In this document: positions 18,415 through 30,761 of the stretch, one piece after another
Numbering within the stretch: the stretch's first letter is position 1
Layout: every line of letters starts with the position of its first letter
From: an uncultured Spirochaetaceae bacterium
Lineage (GTDB): Bacteria; Myxococcota_A; UBA9160; UBA4427
NCBI GenBank assembly: GCA_964488255.1
Contig: CAZAUR010000009.1
Coordinates: 81,581-145,580, forward strand
Direction of reading: 5' to 3'
Length of the DNA stretch: 64,000 nucleotides
Notes under the pieces: model-generated
The model's input: only the letters and a program-made list of their open reading frames with translations
Told to the model about the DNA's origin: nothing
Databases searched by the model: none
Translations under genes and position numbers: made by a program

Positions 18415-18938
18415 TCAGATCTTGCCCGGGACGACGAACCAGCGGCCCTCTCGCCAGCTCCACTCGTCCGTTCGAAGGAGCGTCGCGTCCCAGAAGCGGA
18501 GCGGCAGATCGTTTCGCCCCGCGAACCGGAGAGAGGCCCGCAGGCGGCCGGTCTCGTCGACCTCGATTCCGAGCAGATCGACCCGGGTGGGCCGGTTGTA
18601 CTCGATGTTCGCCCTGTCGAGCGCGTCCACGAGCGCGGCGTAGTAGTCGGAGTACGCGGCAACGGTCGGGAAGAACTGGCGGACGCTCGGGTCCTCGAAG
18701 GTCGCCCGTGAGTTGAAGCGACGGCTGGTGATCCGCGCGTAGAACACGCTCGAAAGCGGCAGCAGCTGCTCGACCGCTTCCGGCGGAAACGCGGCGGCGA
18801 GCGCGCCGCGCTCGGTGTCGGTCAGCTCGCTGCCCCAATCGGGGGTGCCGGCACCGCCGGGCGGCGTCGCACATCCGATGATCATCGCGACGAGCAAGGC
18901 CGCCGCCACGAACGTCGCCGAGCGCGCTCTCGAGCGGA

Positions 18939-18942
<4 letters not shown>
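18415..18942 (-). CDS. Lipoprotein of unknown function, translationally coupled to ppdK
   Basis: Lipobox LVAMIIGC. TTG 18942 forms a TTGA overlap with the ppdK stop; the longer ORF-track start would overlap ppdK by 76 nt. Confidence 0.55.
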
Positions 18943-21817
<2,875 letters not shown>

Positions 21818-21821
<4 letters not shown>

Positions 21822-23191
21822 AGCCCCTCCTCCAGACGATCACGCAGGGTGTGGACGAGCGTGTCGATCGGAACGCGCTCCTGATTCATCGTGTCGCGGT
21901 CACGCACGGTCACGCAGCCGTCCTCCTCGGAGTCGAAGTCGTAGGTCACGCAGAAAGGCGTCCCGACCTCGTCCTGGCGTCGATAGCGACGACCGATGTT
22001 GCCGGCGTCGTCGTAGAAGGTGTTGAACTGTCCGCACAGCTTCTGGTTGAGCGCCTTCGCGGGCTCGGAGAGCTTCTTCGAGAGCGGCAGCACCGCCGCC
22101 TTGATCGGCGCGAGCGCCGGGTGGAACTTCATCACCGTCCGGGACTCACCCTCCTCGAGCTGCTCGTCCTCGTACGCCGCGACCAGCAGGGCGAGCGACG
22201 TGCGGTCGACGCCGACGGACGTCTCGATGCACATCGGGGTGTAGCGCTCCTTGGTCTGCTCGTCGGTGATGGCGAGCTCCTTGCCGGAGTACTCGGTGTG
22301 CCGGGACAGATCCCAGTCGCCGCGATCGTGGATGCCTTCGATCTCCTGCCAGCCGAAAGGGAACAGGAACTCGATGTCCTCGGCGGCGTTCGCATAGTGA
22401 GCGAGCTCGTCGTCCGCGTGCGGGCGCATGCGCAGGAGCTTTGCATCGAAGCCGATGTCGCGGTGGAACTGGTATCGGTACTCGCGCCAGTGCTCGAACC
22501 ACTTCCCTCGGTCCGACGGATGGCAGAAGAACTCCATCTCCGCCTGCTCGAACTCGCGACTGCGGAACGTGAAGTTGCGCGGCGTGATCTCGTTGCGGAA
22601 GGCCTTGCCGATCTGGGCGATGCCGAAGGGGACCTTCTGGCGGGCGGATTCGCGCACGCGCTTGAATCCCGAGAAGATCGGCTGACAGGTCTCCGGCCGC
22701 AGGAAGGCTGTCGTCGATTCCTCGACGGACGCGCCGATCTGCGTCGAGAGCATCAGGTTGAAGTCCCGCGCCTCGGTGAAGTCGTGGTCGCGGCTCGGGT
22801 CCTTCTTCGTCGTCGCCGCGCAGGGTTCATCGGGGATCTGGTCCGCGCGGAAGCGCTTCTTGCACGCGCGGCAGTCGACCATCGGGTCGCTGAAGTTCTC
22901 GACGTGGCCGGAAGCTTCCCAGGTCCGCGGATGGGAGATGATCGCGCTGTCGATGCCGACGACGTCTTCGCGCTCGCGCACCATCCGGCGCCACCAGAAA
23001 GCCTTCAGGTTGTTCTTGAGCTCGACGCCCAGGGGACCGTAGTCCCAGAACCCGGCGATGCCGCCATAGATCTCACTGGCGGGGAAGATGAAGCCCCGCG
23101 CGGCGCACAGCGACACGAGGGTCTCCATCGCGAGGGGATGGCGCTCGCGCTCTTCGTCATCGAGCGCCGCGTCGGACGGATTTTCGGACAT
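21818..23191 (-). CDS. glyQS: Glycyl-tRNA synthetase (dimeric class II, GlyQS type)
   Basis: RGFIFPASEIYGGIAGFWDYGPLG, FRNEITPRNFTFRSREFEQAEMEFF and an anticodon-binding C-terminus. Start set at ATG 23191 (MSENPSD). Confidence 0.92.
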
Positions 23192-23601
23192 GGGTGGTTC
23201 GCGATCCTGAGGGAGCAGACGCTGGTGGGGACGCTCCAGGGGGTTGGCGTGGCGCGAGGCGTTCGTTCGCTCGCATTCCTTCGTGGGCCCAGCCGGGTCT
23301 CGCTCGACCGGCTGCCGGGTGCCCCGGCGGCTGGGGCGGCCGAGTATCCCGTATTCGGTGGGGCCGGTCGAGGATTCCCAGCAGGGCTGCCGCGATCTGC
23401 CGCAGGCCTGCACCCCGCCCTCGAACGACCGGGCCACGCGTTCGGGACACTGTTCTAGTGCGGGCATCCGCTGGGATCTGCGGCTCCCCTGCGCTGCGGC
23501 GAGGCACGCCCTCGGGTAGCCTTGGCGCCTCTCGCCCGCCTCCGCACCGATCGAGACGCACGAGGCACGGCGGCGGGATCAAGAAAAGGTGAATCCACGC
23601 G

Positions 23602-23868
23602 ATGGAATTCTTCCAGGAGCTCGGCGACCGCACCGGCGCGATCTGGGCCTACTTCCAGGACTCCGAGACCGGCGACCTCACGGTCCTCGGCGCATTGATT
23701 CTGGCGGCCCTCGCGCTCACGACCGCGGCGCGGTGCATTCGCGCGTTCCAGCCAGCGCTCGGCGAGAAGGACCTCACGAGCGTCGTCGGCGTCGGCGCGG
23801 CGATCGCCTCGGTCTTCGGCGCGGTCGGCCTCTTCTTCCTCTACGTGGCGGCGACGTCGGGCGCCTGA
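23602..23868 (+). CDS. Small membrane protein (two predicted TM helices), hypothetical
   Basis: 88 aa with strong G/C third-position bias in this frame and two hydrophobic segments (VLGALILAALALTTAA, VVGVGAAIASVFGAVGLFFLYVAA). Its 3' end converges on recO with a 28-nt overlap. Confidence 0.5.
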   Translation: MEFFQELGDRTGAIWAYFQDSETGDLTVLGALILAALALTTAARCIRAFQPALGEKDLTSVVGVGAAIASVFGAVGLFFLYVAATSGA

Positions 23869-24713
23869 TCGGCCGCTCCACCCCTTCGCTCGTCCGCGGT
23901 CGACGGGGTTGCGTCTCGGGCAGTCGCGGACTCGGCGACCGGCAGCACTTCGTCGAGGAATCGCTCGCTCCGCAGCTCGACGCCCACGTGGAATCGCTGG
24001 AAGCGGAACACGAGCCGAGCTGCCTGCGCGAGCATCCGGGGCGACAGGATCACGCTTTCGACCCGCTCTGCGTCGCACGCGAGCCCCGCAGCGAGACTCC
24101 GCAGGGTGCCGACCTCGACCGGCACGAGCCCGTCGAGGCGCAGGCTGCAGGCGGTGCAGACGATGCCGCCGTCGGACACGTGGAAGTGGACGCGGTGGTC
24201 GTGGGCGATCTCGTCCCCGGCGACCCGACCGCATCGCACGCAGCGCCCGAGTTCAGGGCGAAGACCGAGCGCATCGAGGCCGCGCAGCTCGAGCAGGAGA
24301 CGCAGCGAGGGCGACGGCTCGACCCGCTCGACCAGCCGCAGGCTCCGGATCGCGTAGTCGAAGAGGCGCTCGGCGTCTTCCCCGACCAGGGCCTCCGGGG
24401 CCAGGCGGTCGAGCATCTCGACCAGGAAGCTCGCCAGGGCGTAGCGCGCGGGCGTCCGGCGAAGCCCGAGAAAGGGATCGACCAGCTTCGCGCGCTCGAG
24501 GAAGGCCATCGAAGCCCGCGGCTTGAGGCGCCCCTCGACCGCGAGGTGATTGAACACGTCGAGGGTCCCCGGGAAGCGCCGATGGCTGCGCAGCGCGGAT
24601 TTCGCGATCGCGGTCAGGCGCCCGGCGTCGGACGTGAGGAGATGCACGATGCGATCCGACTCAGCGTAGTCGACGGCGCGCAGCAGCAGCGCCTCGCACT
24701 GGACCTTCGCCAT
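23841..24713 (-). CDS. recO: DNA repair protein RecO
   Basis: N-terminal OB region ALLLRAVDYAESDRIVHLLT and zinc motif CVRCG...CTAC. Confidence 0.88.
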   Translation of the reverse strand: MAKVQCEALLLRAVDYAESDRIVHLLTSDAGRLTAIAKSALRSHRRFPGTLDVFNHLAVEGRLKPRASMAFLERAKLVDPFLGLRRTPARYALASFLVEMLDRLAPEALVGEDAERLFDYAIRSLRLVERVEPSPSLRLLLELRGLDALGLRPELGRCVRCGRVAGDEIAHDHRVHFHVSDGGIVCTACSLRLDGLVPVEVGTLRSLAAGLACDAERVESVILSPRMLAQAARLVFRFQRFHVGVELRSERFLDEVLPVAESATARDATPSTADERRGGAADQAPDVAAT

Positions 24714-24721
24714 CGCGCCGC

Positions 24722-25399
24722 TCAGCGCTCGTCCGCAGCGCGGGAGGCGCCCGGCGCGACCGCATCCGCAGCGAGGCCCAGCACTCCGTCAGGCACCGGA
24801 GGCTCCACCCGGCTGCCGATGGACGGGTCGATTTCGCCCGCCGGGTCGACCTCCGCGCCGGCGGCGTCCGCGAGCGCGCGCACGGGGTCACGCCACACGA
24901 CCACCGCGCGCGAGGGATCCACCGCGCTCGCGCCCACCAGCATCTGCCACCCCGCCTGCAGCACGAGCAGCGCGACGACGAGAATCGCGCCGAGGGCGGT
25001 GAGCGCCGCCGCCTGCTTCGCGCGCCGGCTCGAAGACCGGAGCTCCCAGGCCCCAGCGGAAGGTTCCTGCAGCATGCGCGCGATCGCGTCGTCGACGTCG
25101 AGGCCGAGCGCCGCGGCCACCGTCCGCACGAAGCCGCGGACGAACCCGTCCGTCTCGCCGTCGAACTCGCCGCCCTCCAGACGTTCGAGCGAGCGCAGGG
25201 GGATCCGCGTCATGGCGGCCAGCTCGTCGAGGCTCACGTCCCTGAGCACGCGCTGACGCCGCAGGTACTCGCCGATCGGCGCGCTCTCGAAGGTCTCCGC
25301 GACCTCGGGCGAGGGCTCGTCGGAGAGCGCCGTGGGCGGGGGCGTCACCGCGCCCCGCGTCGTCGCGCCTCCTCTCTGGTGCGTCTCCTGATCGATCAT
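24722..25399 (-). CDS. rodZ: HTH domain membrane protein, RodZ-like
   Basis: HTH IGEYLRRQRVLRDVSLDELAAMTRIPLRSLERLE, a single TM segment (AAALTALGAILVVALLVL) and a position next to a PilW-like TPR gene, as in many bacteria. Confidence 0.6.
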   Translation of the reverse strand: MIDQETHQRGGATTRGAVTPPPTALSDEPSPEVAETFESAPIGEYLRRQRVLRDVSLDELAAMTRIPLRSLERLEGGEFDGETDGFVRGFVRTVAAALGLDVDDAIARMLQEPSAGAWELRSSSRRAKQAAALTALGAILVVALLVLQAGWQMLVGASAVDPSRAVVVWRDPVRALADAAGAEVDPAGEIDPSIGSRVEPPVPDGVLGLAADAVAPGASRAADER

Positions 25400-25440
25400 G
25401 CCCGCCCCGCTCCCTCGAAGGTAGCAGCGGACACGCGTCC

Positions 25441-26265
25441 CTAACGCAGAAGATCCAGGTAGGCCTGGGATTGCGAGCCCCAGTCCGCGTCCGGCGCGAT
25501 CTTCGCCGCCGCCTTGAAGTGCGTGACGGCCTTGTCGCGACGACCGAGGCCGACGAACAATTCACCGAGGCGATAGTTCGCCTCCGCGTGTCCCGAGGCC
25601 GTGAGGCGTCCGGAGTCGAGGGCCTTCTGCAAGGCGCGAATCGCGGCCACATTGTGCCCCTGCTTCGCCTCGAGGATGCCGAGGTTGAGGAGCGCCGGTC
25701 CGAAGCGCGGGTAGAACGTCAGCGCCTCCTGGAACTTCGCTCGGGCCTCGTCGAGCCGGCCGAGCTTCATCAGCGCCCAGCCGCAATTCGAGAGCGGACG
25801 CCAGGGCGTCGAGATCGTGGGGTCGGCGGCGAGGGTCTCGCACTCGACGAGCGCCTCCTCGTAGCGTCCGAGCTGCGAGAGCAGGGCCGACAGATTGAGT
25901 CGGGCGTGCTGCGCCGTCTCGCCGTCCCGCCGACGTTCGGAAAGCTCGATCGCGTCGCGCAGGAATTCCTCGGCGGCCGCGGTCTGGCCCTTGCGCCGAT
26001 ACGCCTCGCCGAGCCAGAGATGCGTCTTCGGGTCCCCGGAATCGAGCTCGAGGGAGCGCGTGAGCTCACGAATCGCCATTCCGGTCCGCCGTGTCGAGAG
26101 ATAGTCGACGCCGAGATCGCGCTTGGCCTCGGCCTCACTGACGTCGAAGGATTCCGCGGTCGGCTCGGTCGTCGTGACGCAGCCGGTCGAGGCCAGCAGC
26201 ATGAAAGCCGCCAGGGCGAGGAACGCGCCCCGACGCACGGTGGTCGTCTTGGATGCCTGTCGCAT
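25441..26265 (-). CDS. pilW: TPR-repeat lipoprotein, PilW/PilF-like
   Basis: Lipobox LLASTGC and about six TPR units. GAGGAA Shine-Dalgarno lies before ATG 26265. Positioned upstream of the rodZ-like gene. Confidence 0.6.
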   Translation of the reverse strand: MRQASKTTTVRRGAFLALAAFMLLASTGCVTTTEPTAESFDVSEAEAKRDLGVDYLSTRRTGMAIRELTRSLELDSGDPKTHLWLGEAYRRKGQTAAAEEFLRDAIELSERRRDGETAQHARLNLSALLSQLGRYEEALVECETLAADPTISTPWRPLSNCGWALMKLGRLDEARAKFQEALTFYPRFGPALLNLGILEAKQGHNVAAIRALQKALDSGRLTASGHAEANYRLGELFVGLGRRDKAVTHFKAAAKIAPDADWGSQSQAYLDLLR

Positions 26266-26332
26266 TTTCGATTCCTCTACTCGGTCGTTCGGTTCCGGGT
26301 CGCGGTCCGGCGGACACCGACCCGCGTGATGT

Positions 26333-27247
26333 TCAGAAGCTCGAGAGCAAGCGTGCCAGGGTCGACGGTCGCTTCCCGCCGTTTCCGCCACGACGCACGC
26401 GGACGAGCGGGATACGGCCGAGCTGGTTTCCGCTGGTGGTCTCGTTCGCAGACTCCGCGGCCTCGTCGGCGTGCCGGAACTTCGAGAGCTTCTGCTCCGG
26501 GGGCGACTTTTCGGTCGCGTTCGCGGACGCCTGCGGCGGGAGCGCGTTCACCTTGGGCTCGTGCGGCTCGTCCGGCTCGTCCGGCTCGTCCGGCTCGACC
26601 ATCGGCTGCGTCTCCTGGGAGACGTCCGGCGGCGGCACGGTCGCGTCACCCGATGCGACGACGACGCCTTCGACGCCCAGGTCGAGCTCCGGCACGCGCT
26701 CCTCGAGGACGAGCTCTTCGGGTGCCTCGGCGGTCGGCGCGGGCGTCGACGGTTCGTTCGGTCGCGCCGGCGGGAGCGGCGCGGGATTCGATGCTTCTTC
26801 GGCGACACGGATCGGTTCGCTCGCGGCCGGCTCCGCCGGCACCGCGCGGGGCGCGGGCGGCAGCTCGAGCTCGCCCATCAAACGACCCCACAGAGCGAGG
26901 GCGCGCGTGCGGCCCTGGCCATCGGTGGCCGCGGCGACCATGTCCTCGTCGAACAGGAAGCCCATTCGTTCGGCTTCGGCGAGAATCGGCTCGAGGGCGG
27001 TGGTGACCGACACATCCGGCTCGATCGATTCCTGATTGCGGAAGACCGCAACCTGGCCGCCCTCGTTCGAGCGGATGCCCAGTGCGAGCCCGATCCCGCC
27101 CCACTCCTCGGCGAAGGCGACGATCGCCGCGCGGGCGGGGCCCACAGGCAGGAAGGCGACGTTCAGAACCGGCGCGTTGAGTGCGGGGCGCAACGCGAGC
27201 AGGCTCGCCTCCGAAAGCGGCAGCGGCTCGGAAAGTCGTCGGAACAT
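26333..27247 (-). CDS. Hypothetical protein with an acidic and proline-rich C-terminal half
   Basis: 304 aa from ATG 27247 (MFRRLSEPL). Structured N-terminal part, then a PAP/DEP-rich region containing DEPDEPDEPHEP (9-bp nucleotide repeat near 26567-26600). No family recognised. Confidence 0.45.
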   Translation of the reverse strand: MFRRLSEPLPLSEASLLALRPALNAPVLNVAFLPVGPARAAIVAFAEEWGGIGLALGIRSNEGGQVAVFRNQESIEPDVSVTTALEPILAEAERMGFLFDEDMVAAATDGQGRTRALALWGRLMGELELPPAPRAVPAEPAASEPIRVAEEASNPAPLPPARPNEPSTPAPTAEAPEELVLEERVPELDLGVEGVVVASGDATVPPPDVSQETQPMVEPDEPDEPDEPHEPKVNALPPQASANATEKSPPEQKLSKFRHADEAAESANETTSGNQLGRIPLVRVRRGGNGGKRPSTLARLLSSF

Positions 27248-27701
27248 GTCTGCTGCATCGGCCCCGGGGCACGAATCTTGAGCCTCACCGGACGGCAGCC
27301 GGAGGGCCGAAACCCCAGACGCCACAAGCCGTTTTCGCTTTCCGAAAACGCCACGGCACCCGGCGTCCGAGACCTTTCGCCGCGCCGCGAGCGGGATACA
27401 ATCCCCCAAGGCCGTGGCCTGAAGGGCCGTGGCGCCGATCCCGAATCCTCCGGATGGCGGCAGCAGCAGCGACCGCGTGAGCCTGGCTCCGGCCGCGCTG
27501 CAGCCTTCCGGCCCGAAGAGAAAAACCTACGCCGCGGCCTCCGACACGAGCCTGCGGCCACTCACTTCCGCGAGCCAGACCGACCCGGTCCGAACGAGCG
27601 TTCGGATCGAATCCTACGAGCACCGCCGCCAATGAAAGGCCGTGCGGCGCTCCACAGCGTGAAGCTCCGGAACGCTCCGGAGCCGGACGAGACATCGAAG
27701 C

Positions 27702-29561
27702 GTGACCGCAACCGACTCCTCTGCCGAGACCTCCGCAAAGTCCTCCGAACAGCTCGAGAGCGTCGCCATCCGCTTCGCCGGTGATTCCGGTGACGGGATG
27801 CAGCTGACGGGTACGAAGTTCACCGACGAGACCGCGCTCGCCGGCAACGACCTCTCGACGTTCCCGGACTTCCCCGCCGAGATCCGTGCACCTGCCGGCA
27901 CGATGGCCGGCGTGTCCGGATTCCAGATCCACTTCTCGAGCCGCGACATCCATACGCCGGCGGATCGACCGGACGTGTTGATCGCGTTCAACCCGGCCGC
28001 GCTTCGCGCGAACGTCGAAGACGTGCGCCCCGGCGGAACCGTGATCATCAACATCGACTCGTTCAACGAGAAGGCGCTCACCCGCGCGGGCTATGACGGC
28101 GACCCGCTGCCCGACCTCCGCGAACGCTTCCAGCTCGTCGAGATCCCGTTCACGACTCTGAACCGCGACGCGCTCCAGGGCCTCGACCTGTCGTCGCGCG
28201 AGATCGACCGCTGCAAGAACTTCTTCGCCCTCGGCGTGCTCTGCTGGCTCTACGGACGACCGATGGACGCCACCGAGCGCTGGCTCGGCGGCAAGTTCCA
28301 GGGTGACGTGCTCGCAGGCAACGTCCGCACCCTTCGCGCGGGCCACGCCTTCGGCGAGACGACGGAGCTCTTCCCCACGTCCTTCGTGGTGCCCGCGGCG
28401 AAGATCGAGTCCGGGACATATCGCAACATCACGGGGAACCAGGCGCTGGCCTGGGGGCTCGTTGCCGCGAGCGTCCAGATGAACCGCGAGGTCTTCCTCG
28501 GCGCGTACCCGATCACGCCGGCGAGCGACGTCCTCCACGAGGTCGCGCGGTTTCGGCACTTCGGAGTGAAGACCTTCCAGGCCGAGGACGAGATCGCTGC
28601 GGTCTCGTCGACGATCGGCGCGGCCTTCGCGGGCAACCTGGCGGTCACCTGCTCCAGCGGACCCGGCTTCGTGCTCAAGCAGGAGGCCCTCGGGCTCGCG
28701 GTCATGACGGAGCTTCCGCTGGTCGCGATCAACGTGCAACGCGCGGGACCGTCGACGGGCTCCCCGACCAAGACCGAGCAGGGCGACCTGCTGGCCACCC
28801 TCTTCGGCCGTCACTCCCAGAGTCCACTCCCGATCATCGCGCCGGCCACCCCCGGTGACTGCTTCCACACGGCCCTCGAAGCGTTCCGGATGGCGGTCAA
28901 GTACATGACGCCCGTGGTCGTGTTGTCGGACGGCTACCTCGCGAACTCCGCGGAGCCCTGGCTGATCCCGGACGTCGATTCCCTCGAACGCTCCGAGATC
29001 GAATTCGCCAACCCGATCGACATCGGCGAGTTCGAGCCCTACTCCCGCGACCCCGAGACGCTCGCGCGGCCCTGGGCGATCCCCGGCACGCCGGGCCTCG
29101 AGCACCGGATCGGCGGCCTCACCAAGGCCGACGGATCGGGCAACGTCAGCTACGACGCCGACAACCACGGCAAGATGGTCCAGCTGCGCAAGCAGAAGAT
29201 CGAAGGCATCGCGAACGACCTGCCGCCGGCCGAGGTCGACGGGCCCGACAGCGGCAAGCTGCTCGTGGTCGGCTGGGGCGGAACGAAGGGCTCGATCACC
29301 GCGGCCTGCGAGCAGGCGCGGGAGAACGGGATGTCCGTGTCGCAGATCCACCTGCGTCACCTGAATCCGTTCCCGAGCAACCTCGGCGACGTGCTCGGCC
29401 GCTTCGAGCACGTGCTGCTGCCGGAGCTCTCGGACGGGCACCTCGCCATGCTGCTCCGCAGCAAGTACCTCGTCGACGTGCAGATGCTCAACAAGATCGA
29501 AGGGCAGCCCTTCAAGATCGGTGAGCTCGTGGACGCGATTTCGAAGCTCTACAAGGGTTGA
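27702..29561 (+). CDS. korA: 2-oxoglutarate/2-oxoacid:ferredoxin oxidoreductase, fused alpha subunit
   Basis: 619 aa with a GTG start. IRFAGDSGDGMQLTG, FPDFPAEIRAP and YPITPASD. Followed by korB. Confidence 0.92.
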   Translation: MTATDSSAETSAKSSEQLESVAIRFAGDSGDGMQLTGTKFTDETALAGNDLSTFPDFPAEIRAPAGTMAGVSGFQIHFSSRDIHTPADRPDVLIAFNPAALRANVEDVRPGGTVIINIDSFNEKALTRAGYDGDPLPDLRERFQLVEIPFTTLNRDALQGLDLSSREIDRCKNFFALGVLCWLYGRPMDATERWLGGKFQGDVLAGNVRTLRAGHAFGETTELFPTSFVVPAAKIESGTYRNITGNQALAWGLVAASVQMNREVFLGAYPITPASDVLHEVARFRHFGVKTFQAEDEIAAVSSTIGAAFAGNLAVTCSSGPGFVLKQEALGLAVMTELPLVAINVQRAGPSTGSPTKTEQGDLLATLFGRHSQSPLPIIAPATPGDCFHTALEAFRMAVKYMTPVVVLSDGYLANSAEPWLIPDVDSLERSEIEFANPIDIGEFEPYSRDPETLARPWAIPGTPGLEHRIGGLTKADGSGNVSYDADNHGKMVQLRKQKIEGIANDLPPAEVDGPDSGKLLVVGWGGTKGSITAACEQARENGMSVSQIHLRHLNPFPSNLGDVLGRFEHVLLPELSDGHLAMLLRSKYLVDVQMLNKIEGQPFKIGELVDAISKLYKG

Positions 29562-29638
29562 CAGCCAGTCAGCTAGACGCGACCGCATCAGGTTCAGGCC
29601 CATATCTTACGGGGCGGCTGAACCAGGAGAACTCAGTT

Positions 29639-30664
29639 ATGGCAGCCGACGCGGCGGTCAAGGTTTCCCGCAAGGACTTCGTCTCGGACCAGGACGTCCG
29701 ATGGTGCCCGGGATGCGGGGACTACTCGATCCTCGCCAACGTCCAGCGTGTGATGCCCGACCTCGGCATCCCGCGTGAGAACGTGGTGTTCGTCTCGGGC
29801 ATCGGCTGCTCGAGCCGCTTCCCCTACTACATGAACACCTACGGGTTCCACACGATCCACGGCCGCGCTCCGGCCTTCGCGACCGGCATCAAGGCGAGCA
29901 ACCCGGACCTCTCGGTCTGGATCGTGACCGGGGACGGCGACGGCCTCTCGATCGGCGGCAACCACCTCCTGCACACGATCCGCCGGAACGTGAACACCCA
30001 GATCCTGCTCTTCAACAACAAGATCTACGGCCTCACGAAGGGCCAGTACTCGCCGACCTCCGACCTCGGCACGAAGACCAAGTCGACGCCCCAGGGCGCG
30101 ATCGATCACCCGATCGACCCGATCAGCTTCGCCCTCGGCTGCGGCGCGAGCTTCGTGGCCCGCACGATCGACGTCGACGCGAAGCACATGCAGCAGACGC
30201 TGACCCGCGCGCACGAGCACGAGGGCACGGCCTTCGTCGAGATCCTCCAGAACTGCCCGGTCTTCAACGACGGCATCTGGGACGAGCTGCAGGATCGCAA
30301 GACCCGCGCGCAGTCCTCCCTCGTCCTCGAGCAGGGCGAGCCGCTGGTCTACGGTCCGCCCGGTGAACGACGCGGCATCGTCTTCAGCAGTGGCATCCCC
30401 TCGGTGATCGAGCTCGCGGACGACGACGACCCGATCGCGAAGGGCGTGGTCGTGCACGACGAGCAGGCCCCGGCGGCATCGTACGCGGGCGTTCTCGCGA
30501 CGCTCCAGCGCCCCGACTTCCCGCTGCCGGTCGGCGTGCTCCGCGCAGTCGAGAAGCTGACCTACGAGGGCATGCTCCAGTCCCAGGTCGACGGCGCGAT
30601 CGCCGAACGCGGCAAGGGCGACCTGAAGGCGCTGCTCCATTCGGGCGACACCTGGCAGATCTAG
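29639..30664 (+). CDS. korB: 2-oxoglutarate/2-oxoacid:ferredoxin oxidoreductase, beta subunit
   Basis: WCPGCGDYSIL and the GDGDGLSIGGNH TPP motif. AGGAGA Shine-Dalgarno lies 8 nt before ATG 29639. Confidence 0.92.
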   Translation: MAADAAVKVSRKDFVSDQDVRWCPGCGDYSILANVQRVMPDLGIPRENVVFVSGIGCSSRFPYYMNTYGFHTIHGRAPAFATGIKASNPDLSVWIVTGDGDGLSIGGNHLLHTIRRNVNTQILLFNNKIYGLTKGQYSPTSDLGTKTKSTPQGAIDHPIDPISFALGCGASFVARTIDVDAKHMQQTLTRAHEHEGTAFVEILQNCPVFNDGIWDELQDRKTRAQSSLVLEQGEPLVYGPPGERRGIVFSSGIPSVIELADDDDPIAKGVVVHDEQAPAASYAGVLATLQRPDFPLPVGVLRAVEKLTYEGMLQSQVDGAIAERGKGDLKALLHSGDTWQI

Positions 30665-30761
30665 TCGCCAAAATGGAAATCGAGCCGGATTCGATCTCGT
30701 GGCAGATCTAGTCGCTCGAATGGCGGCCAATCCAGATTCGGCATCGTGGCAGATCTAGGCC
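30653..30761 (+). repeat. 47-bp tandem repeat (2 full copies plus a 12-15-nt third) derived from the korB 3' end
   Basis: tggcagatctag recurs at 30653, 30700 and 30747. Units 30653-30699 and 30700-30746 match at 34 of 47 positions by my alignment. Confidence 0.85.

Noticed and set aside
30653-30761. Tandem repeats here, at 42107-42206 and at 56655-56772 considered as miniature CRISPR arrays.
   Set aside because: The units are directly adjacent with no unique spacers and only 2-3 copies. They overlap coding sequence, and no cas genes are present.
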